A stretch of DNA of 34,645 nucleotides, taken from assembly GCF_001194135.2 (NCBI RefSeq), contig NC_068982.1, positions 76,882,591-76,917,235 on the forward strand, given 5' to 3'. Made by a program: the position numbers and the translations under genes. The DNA comes from Octopus bimaculoides (lineage: Eukaryota). Within the stretch, counting starts at the first letter, position 1. The number at the start of each line of letters is the position of its first letter. The notes beneath the pieces were generated by a model. It worked only from the letters and a program-made list of their open reading frames with translations, ran no database searches and was not told where the DNA came from. Below, in pieces: positions 22,586-33,399 of the stretch.

Positions 22586-22810
22586 TGTCTGGGGAGAGTC
22601 ATTCTCTTTTTGTACCTTATTATTTAACACACTCACCGGTTCGATTTCCACTCATTTAGTTATTTATTGTTTCTAAAATGTTTGTTGCATCTTGCAACCT
22701 TTTCAATAGTCGTTAACCCTGTCTGTTATCAGAGCTGCGTTCCGGTGGAAATTGAACCGGTGAGTGTGTTAAGTAATAAGGCACTAAAAGAGAATGACTC
22801 TCCCCAGACA
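22586..22810. mobile_element. 225-bp MITE with 66-bp TIRs, unclassified
   Basis: 22586-22651 matches the reverse complement of 22745-22810 at 62/66 (tgtctggggagagtcattctc...). Confidence 0.9.
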
Positions 22811-23112
22811 ATAAAATATGCTTCAACACACGAATTCACATAAAGAATCTTGCAAACCAAATACAAAAGCAAAATAACAGTTATGTTTATTTATCATTTA
22901 TTTCTTGATAATATGAAGTGTCAAAATAATTTCATTCCACATCTGCGTCCCACTTCTGCGTCCCCGTTCTGCGTCCCACTTCTCTCACTGCTACCCCTTC
23001 ACTCGTTCACTGATGCCTTTATTATATACTTGAACGATTCCACCGCAACCATTAAAAAACTATTTACTGGTGAGGTTTTATAAGCCTTTCTTTCTCTCAC
23101 TCTTTTTCTCTT

Positions 23113-23491
23113 NNNNNNNNNNNNNNNNNNNNNNNNNNNNNNNNNNNNNNNNNNNNNNNNNNNNNNNNNNNNNNNNNNNNNNNNNNNNNNNNNNNNNNNN
23201 NNNNNNNNNNNNNNNNNNNNNNNNNNNNNNNNNNNNNNNNNNNNNNNNNNNNNNNNNNNNNNNNNNNNNNNNNNNNNNNNNNNNNNNNNNNNNNNNNNNN
23301 NNNNNNNNNNNNNNNNNNNNNNNNNNNNNNNNNNNNNNNNNNNNNNNNNNNNNNNNNNNNNNNNNNNNNNNNNNNNNNNNNNNNNNNNNNNNNNNNNNNN
23401 NNNNNNNNNNNNNNNNNNNNNNNNNNNNNNNNNNNNNNNNNNNNNNNNNNNNNNNNNNNNNNNNNNNNNNNNNNNNNNNNNNNNNNNNNNN
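23113..23491. other. Assembly gap
   Basis: N run. Confidence 1.
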
Positions 23492-23596
23492 TCTGTACGT
23501 ACGTACATACACACACATACACACGCACATATACACATACACACATACATACATACATACATACATACATACACAGATATATATAGACATATAAAC

Positions 23597-23815
23597 ATGT
23601 ATATATCCGGCATTCGCCATTATAGATCGCTAGCCACTACACATTCTTTATTTTCTCTCCTTGTTTCTTTCTGTGTTGTTTTCTGTGGAAGAGCATAGGC
23701 TCGAAACGTTAAAGACTTTTTCACTTCCCGAGCGTCAAACTAGTACATCTGTTTCTTGTCTACACCATCTGTCTTCGTCTTTTGTTTGTTTTTTTTTGTG
23801 AATTCTCCCCTATAT
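23597..23815 (+). mobile_element. Penelope-like terminal-repeat remnant with a hammerhead-like motif
   Basis: Contains ctgtggaagagcataggctcgaaacgtt, the CTGANGA...GAAACGT-type signature of Penelope pLTRs. The block cccgagcgtc recurs at about 28530. Confidence 0.6.
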
Positions 23816-23949
23816 ATAGCGCTTTTATTCTATAACTAATATTTATATATATATATATATATATGCATGTATGCATGTATGTATGTATGTATGTATGCAT
23901 GCATGTATGTATGTATGTATGTATGTATGTATGTACATGTGTGCTGTTG

Positions 23950-24075
23950 GCGATTTCTTTTCCTTCTTTCGACTTTTCCCTTTCTCCTTTCCGACGAAGA
24001 GCTATGCTCGAAACGTGAAACTGTCTCTTTTCACTTTGTGCACGTCCTTTTGTTGTCCGTTGATTTTAATATTCG
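23950..24075 (+). mobile_element. Second Penelope-like terminal-repeat remnant
   Basis: Contains ccgacgaagagctatgctcgaaacgt. Confidence 0.55.
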
Positions 24076-24146
24076 TTTGTTTTTTTGTTTTTTTTTAAAT
24101 TTATTGTTTATTTGAATTGACTCTGTGTGTGTGTGTGTGTGTGTGT

Positions 24147-24574
24147 NNNNNNNNNNNNNNNNNNNNNNNNNNNNNNNNNNNNNNNNNNNNNNNNNNNNNN
24201 NNNNNNNNNNNNNNNNNNNNNNNNNNNNNNNNNNNNNNNNNNNNNNNNNNNNNNNNNNNNNNNNNNNNNNNNNNNNNNNNNNNNNNNNNNNNNNNNNNNN
24301 NNNNNNNNNNNNNNNNNNNNNNNNNNNNNNNNNNNNNNNNNNNNNNNNNNNNNNNNNNNNNNNNNNNNNNNNNNNNNNNNNNNNNNNNNNNNNNNNNNNN
24401 NNNNNNNNNNNNNNNNNNNNNNNNNNNNNNNNNNNNNNNNNNNNNNNNNNNNNNNNNNNNNNNNNNNNNNNNNNNNNNNNNNNNNNNNNNNNNNNNNNNN
24501 NNNNNNNNNNNNNNNNNNNNNNNNNNNNNNNNNNNNNNNNNNNNNNNNNNNNNNNNNNNNNNNNNNNNNNNNNN
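24147..24574. other. Assembly gap
   Basis: N run. Confidence 1.
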
Positions 24575-24646
24575 GTGTGTGTGTAGATATATATATATAT
24601 ATATATGTGTGTGTATACGCGACTTCAGCTCTTTTTAAATTCAATT

Positions 24647-24685
<39 letters not shown>

Positions 24686-26055
24686 TCTCTAGTAAGCTAG
24701 CTATCTCTGTCTATTTATTTATCTATATTTGTCATTATTCCCTCTTTTATTTCCATACACAGCACTCGTTAGTAGTATATTTTCTCTTGATGGTGGAGTG
24801 GGTCTGTGTTCATTATGAATAAGTTGTCTCAAGTATGTTTGAAATACCTGCTTATAGTAGAAGTCTATTAAATTTAGATTGTTGCATTTGCTTTAACTGT
24901 ATACCATAATAGTTAAATACATCAACTTAGCAGGAATCTAATTTTAATATTCTTGTACATCATGCAGATATGTCAATCATTCTTTGAGACAACAGAGAAT
25001 ATACCTTACATACGATGTCTCCAAAAGTTCAAAGCCAGTTCCCACAAGGAATAAAAAATCGCTATTAATAACTAATATTTATGGAAAAATAGAAAGAATA
25101 TTCATAACTTCATATATGAGTGTATGTTTGTATGTCTGTATGTCTGTCTGTCTGTCTGTATGTATGTATGTATGTATGAATGAATGAATGAATGAATGAA
25201 TATTATCATTTAGTTTTATTTCCAGATTTCTTGCCAATGGAGAAAAAGCCAGTTTCTAACCAAGATCCAAAGCTCCTTCCTTAGAATTTCAACATCGGAG
25301 ATATTTTTGTACGCATATGTGTATATATGCAAGTATTTGGAGTGGGTGCATATGCAGAATTGAAAAAATAAGTAAAAAATACGAAGGTGCTTATGTCGAA
25401 AGTTCAAGCAATAAGAATATGGTTGACCCACAAATCAATGCAGGAGACCATGCTAACAATAATATCCTGCCTTATTCTACACCTGTATATCTGATAGAAG
25501 TGGCAGTATTTCACTGCCGCAAATATGAGATGACCACCCTTACTAATGTAATAAAAGGTATATCGTCAGTGGGTCGAAAGAAGTTCCAGCCATCTGTAAT
25601 CAATAAAGACCTTGACTAACTATGCCGCATTTCAACAAGGGATGCAGTCACATGGGAGATGGGAAAAAGAACAGCGACTGTTCCCGCCTATATTTATATC
25701 TTCCATGTACCTGAGACTATAGAAGTCGTTTGTATTTCATTGTTGCAGTTGTGCAGAACATCCCGGCCAGTACAACACTATTTTGCCCTTAGTTGGAAAT
25801 CTGACAATTATATACCACACACACACTTGCTCGACACATGCTAGACAAGCACAAGATTTTTTTTAAAAAACAGAAAGAGCTTAGCACACTTCAGACTCAC
25901 TCTCTCGTTTTTATACACTATTCCCAGTGATGATTATAAAGTCAAGACAACTATTTGTATATGAGAACGTAGAAGACAGCCAAAGTGGCTGAAGGAATCT
26001 CTAAACTACATACAACCATCTAATTTGCTGCATGTCATAAAACATTATTCTAGAT

Positions 26056-26390
26056 CGGTGGTACTCAACCATTTTTGAGTATAGGCCCCTTTGATAACTA
26101 TACCATTCTTGTGGATCCCCAAAGTCATTCGATGTGTAAAAACTAGTTTTATAGACGCTCCTTTCGAAATTCCTATTTTATCTTTCAGACAATAACTTGT
26201 GTAAGTTGAACTATGTAAAACGTTACAGAAAGAAACCTAGCTGTTTCTTGTAATAAATACAGAGCAAAACTTTTTCATAGACAATTAGAATACTACTGTC
26301 GATCCCCAATTTACTATTTTACTTGCATGGGCCCCCAAAAGTCTTACATGGACCATCAGTGGTCATATGGACCCCGGTTGAGAACCACTG
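26056..26390. mobile_element. hAT (Charlie-type) MITE, 335 bp
   Basis: TIRs cggtggtactcaacc and ggttgagaaccactg fit the CAGTGGTTCTCAACC consensus. The 8-bp TSD is ttctagat/ttctatat (7/8) and fits the NTCTAGAN target. Confidence 0.92.
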
Positions 26391-27752
26391 TTCTATATGT
26401 TTGCCCTGCCCCATGGCTTCTAGTCCAGCATGATAGTGCGTTGCTGCTTGTACCAGTCCTCCACAATTGACCTGCTGCTATCAACTTCGAAGTTATTGAA
26501 ATGAAGGTTACTTATTTCTTCCATGCTGCATTAAATGAAACGAAAATATGCCACTAAACATATACACAAATTTAATATGTATATGTACACAATATCGGAT
26601 AGCGATTGACTTTCCTGAGTATATATACACGCATATATGACCTTACGTACATGTATATGCGTGTAAATGCGTAAATATATATTTAAAAATTCGATTTGAT
26701 ACTAAACGGTTTGTACCTGACGACTAGGCAGATTATATCATTATATTATTATATGTTTACACACGTAATTTGAATTTTTACTGCTTTAAAACAAGCGTTG
26801 AACTTAAATGCATTTTTCCATTTTTATTCTTCATATATATATATAGGTAAAAAATTAATTGGGTAAAAAGTTAATTACGTAAATGATATTTTCAAGATTA
26901 AATTAAAAAAAACATCAAACGGAAACTATGACATAGTTTGTGTGTGTGTATATATATATAATTAAAAAAAAACATGTAGTAAATTAGTAAATAAACAAAC
27001 GAACATATACTAAATACACAGCCGAACAGAAAAAAACAGAAGGTCACCAACTCCTCTTCAGTTATCGGCCAGAGGGTCCAACGCAATTTCGGCTATTATC
27101 GATAATATTGCTTCCACTCTGGAGGCACCGGCAAGAAACTTGCCGGGAATGGGACCAAAGCATAACAAAACGAGATGGGCTCGAGACGATACCGTTCGTA
27201 CACGGATGAGGGACAAGACAATAAACAGAATAAAGGCTTAGGGCCACACGGAGGCAACAATTAAAATGATAATAATACATATACGACAAAAAAAGCCATA
27301 GGATTGCAAGACAAGACAAAAATGGGTAACGCGAAAGAGAAATGAAAAACTGTTCTAAAGGACTATAGATACGGGGTGGGATCAGAAAATCGTGACCAGT
27401 CCGGTCGAAGGCAAACGAAAAAGAATGATACCGCCTTAGGCCGTCATGGATCACGTGAAAGTGGGAGAAGGGTATCAGAGAAAGACAGACAGCAAAAGAG
27501 GGAGAGACAGAGACAGAGAGATAGAGAGAGAGAGTACCAAACAGTAGCAAACAGCCCAAGCCATGCTCTTCCATTCAACAATGTTCAATGATTGCTAACT
27601 TATGTCTCTACTTCTGGAAAGTTATCAGCATGAAACTATTTAATAACATTAATTGGCTTATGAGACTCGAATATTTTATAAACTGTATGTGTGTTTATGT
27701 GTGTGTGCATGTATATTTGTGTGTACATGCGTGGAATTGGAGAGAGGGAGAT

Positions 27753-27817
<65 letters not shown>

Positions 27818-28606
27818 GGTACAAACAGAAATCCTCTCGCTTGTGAGTGACTTGACAGATGGTTTGTTTGTTTGTTTGTTCTTTTGTTTTGTTTTTTTCT
27901 TTTATGAAATCAAACAATACAAATTCTGAAGGAATGTACGGAAATTTATATTTGTTCGTATCATATAAAATATATCATGCAATAAATACGTTTTTATTGT
28001 CTTCTGGTGCTAAATTTAACTAAAATTGGTTGAAAACTGCTTCTCAAAAAATTTATGTTACATACTTTCATTAGAGTTTCGTTTCCGTTAAACTCCTCCC
28101 ACTCACCTAGCATTAATAATCGGTTTGTTTACCTTTTGTAACGCTATTTTTTCTCTAAGCACCACCAGGCACACATAAACGCCCTCCGGTGCATTTTAAT
28201 TTACCCGCCCACCGGTTTCCACTCATTCGTATACATTATTTCTTTTATTAACACACATGCGCATATACACATGTACGCATACATACGTATAAAAATATAT
28301 GAAGATATACATACGTATATGCATACATAGAGACACACATATAGACATAAATGTGTACGTGCATTCATGTAAGCATGAATGCGTGTATACATACATAAAT
28401 GTATGAAAGCATGCATGCATACATCTGTAAATACATATATGAATACATGTATACATGCATAAGTACATACATACTGGCATACATATACACGTACATATAT
28501 ACCTTATATATATGTATCTTTCTTTCCTTTCCCGAGCGTCCAGTAACACAATATCTGTATCACGTCCTCGCGTTGTTGTTTTTTGTCCTTTTTTTCTTTT
28601 TTGAAC

Positions 28607-28641
<35 letters not shown>

Positions 28642-28791
28642 GAGACCACTAGGGGGACTGTTAATGTGCTAGAAGAAGATCACATGTAATGCGTCTACTA
28701 AGACCGAATTGTTCTCAAAGAATAATTTAGCGAACCAACAAAACGTATACGGGCAAGACAAGTGATTCTTTCAATGTGCTTGTTCCCTGGT

Positions 28792-28923
28792 CTTCTTCTT
28801 CTTGCCTTTAACCTTCCAACGCGGAGTATAGGCCATTTATAATTGAATTCCATGTCGCATAATTTCCCGCTTCTGTACTTATACTCTGCCATGAATGTCC
28901 CTCTTTCTCTAGTTCCTTTTGTG
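28792..28923 (-). mobile_element. 5'-truncated RTE-type LINE insertion with an exact 12-bp TSD
   Basis: Minus frame QKELEKEGHSWQSISTEAGNYATWNSIINGLYSALEG* is RTE C-terminus-like and is followed by a (GAA)n tail. Direct repeats ttgttccctggt lie at 28780-28791 and 28924-28935. Confidence 0.8.
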
Positions 28924-29519
28924 TTGTTCCCTGGTATTAAATTGATATTAATTAATATCCAATTTTTTACCCTACTGTTTTATATATATATATATATATA
29001 TATACATATACGTGCATACCTACATATATGTATACATTTATACATGCATACATACATGAATATATATGTGTGTGTGTATGTATCTGTGAATGTATGTATA
29101 CAAATATGCATATATACATATATACTACATAGGTACCATACATATATACATATATGTATGCATACATATTTATGTACATACATACACACAAACATACACC
29201 CAAGCATACATACATACATACATACACATAAAGAGCTAGATGTCAATTAGTAGCAAACCTTTAAAAATTTAATATATATTCAGCTGATATTCATTAATTG
29301 CTAATAAAATATGGTAATAAATTCCAAACTATTGAAAAATGTGCAAGCAAAATTTTAATAAACCGTTTTCAACCTTTTTAATTTAATTAAACACAAAAAA
29401 AAACAATAAAACATCTTTATTTTATTGTTTTTTTTTATGAGTGGCATAGATTTTTCGTTTTTGTACATTAAAAAATTTCGTACTAAATCTAATTTTGTAT
29501 CGTAGTAAGTGAAACAAAA

Positions 29520-29725
29520 GATGAGTCGGTGGAGAATCGGTTAGAATGATTTGAGGTAATTGTTGTTGCTATTTGCTCTTTGGGTTCAAATTCCGCCAAG
29601 CCCGACTTTGCTTTTCATCTTTTTGAAGTCAATAAATAAAATAGCAGTCAAGTATTGAGATAGATGTTATTGACTTATCCCTCCCCTCAAAATTGCTGGC
29701 CTTGTGTCGAAATATGAAACTATTA
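29520..29725 (+). mobile_element. Degenerate SINE
   Basis: gggttcaaattccgcc, gactttgcttttcatc, and tail gacttatccctcccctcaaaattgctggccttgtg. Confidence 0.8.
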
Positions 29726-29829
29726 TTGTTGATATTATTCTCTCTCTCCCTCTCTCTCTCTTTCTTTCTCTCTCCCTCTCTCTCTCTTTCTCTCTCTCTC
29801 CCTCCCTCTTTCTTAATCAGTTTCCTTAC

Positions 29830-29915
29830 GCTGAGACACGTTGTAGATGACTACTTGCAGCATTCTTTACTTGTTTTCGTAACCTCGTCAATGACATACC
29901 CTCTGTACTTGAGGT
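29830..29915 (-). CDS. Candidate 86-nt internal exon of an unidentified gene (TSSTEGMSLTRLRKQVKNAASSHLQRVS)
   Basis: Acceptor cttttgtcgcctgcag and donor C|GTAAGG. The only open frame is phase 0, matching the upstream candidate exon. No homology recognised. Confidence 0.35.
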
Positions 29916-30079
29916 CTGCAGGCGACAAAAGGACTTTGACAAATCTAGCTGACTGATTGATTGAACGAACGATTAATCAAACAATCGTTTAGTTAATTGG
30001 TTAAATAGTTAACCAATTTACAAATAAAAAAAGTGAAACAGAACCAGTGCGTGTGTTTAATATTGGCATAATTACTCAC

Positions 30080-30127
30080 CGGAGTTGCAATAGAATATGT
30101 TTCAACAGACGAGTTCACATCAAGAAT
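30080..30127 (-). CDS. Candidate 48-nt phase-0 exon (ILDVNSSVETYSIATP)
   Basis: Acceptor ttttcgtttttatatttgttttgcaag and donor CCG|GTGAGT. The only open frame is 0-0. A paralogous copy lies at 22811-22848. Confidence 0.4.
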
Positions 30128-30625
30128 CTTGCAAAACAAATATAAAAACGAAAACTGTAACAAGGCTTTCTTTTTCTATGTAAATGACTAATGTTAACGG
30201 AATTACAACCTAGTCTTCTACAATGTTAGAAATAAATCATCTCTCAACCAACCACGATCATTGAAGATATGCAGTTCATAAGGCAAGTAAGCCAAGTGAA
30301 TCTGTTACATCAGATCATATGACGATGCATAACTTCACTGGCGCTAATGAAACTGTAGAACGGGAAGTAGAAACGTTTCTAAAGGAATCTTTAAAAGATC
30401 ATTTGGATCATATATTTTCTACACTTTGAATAAAACACAAATTTATAAATTGAAAGAATACTTGCATGATTGCATAACTGGTTGGTTTGGAACAGATGGC
30501 AAAAAGTGTTCTTTTGTTTCCCTATGTCGTCTAATGAGTAACTTTTCGCATAAACAGAGTTCAGCTCTTTCTACTGTTTTATTTTATGTTTATCTTAACA
30601 AAGATACCAAGCAAAAAAAAAAGCG

Positions 30626-30910
30626 ATGAAGCAACCAAAATAATCTGCCTCGGTGCGTTACAAGATAGGGCCACCATTTGAAGAAAATGCTTACTGGCTG
30701 TGGACCCCCAAAAGGATAAATGAAATATTAAACAAACAATTCCAAAGTGTTTTCACGTCACCACTGGGAGATATACATAACCATGATGAGTTCTTCAACG
30801 CCATAGATCTACACAGGAAAGAGACAACCATCGACTATATCGACATGGATGAGGGAAATGTTATACCATAATTGAAGTACACTCATTAGAAAATTGCAAT
30901 ATGCACACTG
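30626..30910 (+). mobile_element. CR1-type LINE ORF2 linker fragment, copy 1
   Basis: RYKIGPPFEENAYWLWTPKRINEILNKQFQSVFTSP resembles IGPL......EILN.QF.SVFT, found between the endonuclease and RT domains. Confidence 0.8.
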
Positions 30911-31308
30911 AAATCTTATCAAAGTACAAACTTTGTAATGGTCAACATGTGAAACTTGGAATTACAACCATCGCATAAAATGTTAGTTGATAGTCTTTCA
31001 GTTCAAAGTATTGAAGATCAGAAAAAACGTTCGGAAGAAAATTTGATAGCATATTTTAAATGTGAAACTTTCTTGAAGAACGAAAACTAACTTTTAGGGG
31101 CAAAAACCCAATTTCTTGATGAAAGATGCAAGGGAAATTCGTTAGGCATTTTAGAATAGATTGGTCGTTATGATAACGTTAAAGTTAAGGCTTTTCACAT
31201 TAAAAATGCATGCATATTTATTATTTATCATCTAATAGTCCAAATGAGTTCATTAACTGTTGTAAAAGTCTAAGCTAACTCAACATGAGTATGCTATGTA
31301 TCATAGTA

Positions 31309-31552
31309 CAGGGTGCGGCAGAAAAACCTCCCACTTTTGTTAGTTCGATGCATATTATCTAGGGAAGTTAGGCAGGTGGTAATGGTGTCTTTATGTAGCT
31401 AATGCTTTACTGGATTTGGGTTTTGTTTTTGTTTTTCATTATTATTATTCAGTTGCCATCATGTGAGGCGTTCAAGTCGGTGCACACCGTGCTTATGCTT
31501 TTGAGAAGCTTGCCAACCAGTAAAATATGGGAGGTTTTTCCGCCGCACACTG
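31309..31552. mobile_element. Tc1/mariner MITE, 244 bp, TA TSD
   Basis: tacagggtgcggcagaaaaacctccca matches the reverse complement of the right end (tacagtgtgcggcggaaaaacctccca) at 25/27, counting the TA on both sides. Confidence 0.92.
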
Positions 31553-31635
31553 TATAACTCCTGATTCGTCATACAGAGAACAAACTGCATTTGTATAATG
31601 GTATGCTTAATAAAATGAAGTTGGTAATAAAATTA

Positions 31636-31950
31636 AAAAAAGGCGATGATGGGACAGAAGATTCTTCCTCGGTGTGTTACTAGATAGGGCCACTGTTTGA
31701 AGGAAATGGCTCACTGGCTGCAAACCCCACAAGAATAAGGGAAATGAAAGATAATCAACACCTTGGTGGTTTCACAAATAAATATACCAAATAATCAACA
31801 CCTTGATGATTTCACAAATAAGTATGCCAAAAGAGTTCTTCAACAATGCTGATCTACACAGAGAAGAGGCAATCATCGTTTACATCGACATAAAAGAGGA
31901 GGATGTGATACCATAATTGAAGTACACTCACTAGAAAATTGAAGTATGCG
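31636..31950 (+). mobile_element. CR1-type LINE fragment, copy 2, with an internal 40-bp tandem duplication (31751-31830)
   Basis: Colinear with 30626-30910 (cctcggtg..ttac.agatagggcca..tttgaag.aaatg; gagttcttcaac; gatctacacag; ataccataattgaagtacactca). Confidence 0.8.
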
Positions 31951-32081
31951 GCACTGGAAGAGGCTAAAAATCTAATATAGAAGATCTTGGAGGGTCTAGG
32001 CTCTAACTTTGAGATTGAAAGTTACATAAACCCCTAAATTGAACGCTACTGTAAAGTAATGGATGTAAGAAATTTTTCAGT

Positions 32082-32688
32082 CATAGAGCGATATTGATAG
32101 GATTTTTAAAACCCCAAATTCTGCAATTTTGTCTATTAAAAAAGCCATTCAAATGAAAATGTGCTTCATGCGACATTATCAGTTTGTGGATAAATTCAGG
32201 ATCTTCGCTCGGTAATTCTTGAATTTTGACTGCATATTGCAGTCTCTGGTCGTAATTATGTGGCTTCAGTTGTTTTACTAATTGTACTTTGTATGGAAAC
32301 TGGTTGATTCACTTAAGAATTCGTTGGAGTGACGTCCGAAAGATTCCAACCTATCGTGACCGACTAGGAGTTTATGTGCTCCGATTTTCTTCGACAGTTT
32401 CTGTTACTGAACTTTTACTCTCAAAACTGCGAATCAAATTCCTAATTATAGGTTTACTTAGAGAATCTCTCACAACATAATGGCAACGATATGCTCGTTG
32501 AGTTTGAATTATTGATCCTTGGTTTTGAAAGAAAAAGTCCACTATTTGTGTTCCTTGTGCAGTCGTGTATTTTTCTGTGATTAATTTCCAAAGCCTCCTT
32601 TACAGAATATCTAAAAGAACTATAAAAAGATTTAATAGACAAAAGCATATTAAATATCCAGACAACTTGATGACTTTTGGACCATTCT
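32082..32688 (-). mobile_element. Decayed Tc1/mariner transposase (rosa/DD41D-like, DUF4817-type N-terminus)
   Basis: EKYTTAQGTQIVDFFFQNQGSIIQTQRAYR..IRNLIRSFESKSSV, then RTSLQRILK*..FPYKVQLVKQLK and IMSHEAHFHLNGFFNRQNCRIWGFKNP (consensus FSDEAHFHLNG.VNKQNCRIW..ENP). A probable TIR (agaatggtccaaaagtc) is cut by the gap at 32689. Confidence 0.88.
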
Positions 32689-32717
32689 NNNNNNNNNNNN
32701 NNNNNTGTGTGTGTGTG

Positions 32718-33010
32718 TGTAGTGGTTAGTGGTTAGGATGTTGCACTCACGATCTAGCGATCGTGATTTCAATTCCTAGACCGGGTGGTGCGTTGTGTTC
32801 TTGAGCAAAACACTTCCTCATTCATTGCTCTACAATCACTTCGACACACCTGATGCGTGATACACTGTGCACCTGTTCAAACAACGTTTATTTTGTGGAG
32901 AGAGTGAGCTAATGTACAGCACATACATTCGATCATTATAAACAAATCATTTGTGCAGGTCGTTCAGCAAAAGTTGAAGCTCATGCATCGTCTTCGACGG
33001 GAGAGTCCAT
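32718..33010 (+). mobile_element. tRNA-derived SINE
   Basis: Head tagtggttaggatgttgcactcacgatc..gatttcaattcc and core gtgttcttgagcaaaacactt. Confidence 0.8.
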
Positions 33011-33027
33011 CGTGTATATATATATAG

Positions 33028-33270
33028 TTTCCCGGCGATGCGCTCTGTCCTTGAGCAAGACACTTTATTTCACGTTGCTCCAGTCCACTCAGCTGGTAAA
33101 AATGAGTAGTACCTTGTCACACTTTGTGTCACGCTGAATCTCCCTGAGAATTACGTTAAGGATACACGTATCTGTGGAGTGCTCAGCCACTTGCACGTTA
33201 ATTTCACGAGCAAAGCAGTTCCGTTGATCGTATCAGCTGGGACCCACGTCGTCGTAACCGACGTAGTGCT
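33028..33270 (+). mobile_element. 5'-truncated SINE
   Basis: Core tgtccttgagcaagacactttatttcacgttgctccagtccactcagctgg. Confidence 0.75.
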
Positions 33271-33399
33271 CCTATTATTATATAGTGTACTGTTCCGTGA
33301 TGGTACGACCAACAAAAAATGTATTCCATCTGGCGAGAGATAAATATTATTCAATAAACACAATATATGTTTTATGTGCTGCTATTAGTTTCATGTGCT

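Noticed and set aside
25317-25619. 100-aa ORF containing KKYEGAYV, reminiscent of family B DNA polymerase region II
   Set aside because: The obligatory DFxSLYPS motif that should follow is absent, and there is no other polymerase or Polinton sequence nearby.
32454-32648. KEALEI motif suggesting a Penelope GIY-YIG C-terminus
   Set aside because: Another frame of the same DNA is clearly the N-terminus and leader of the Tc1/mariner transposase.
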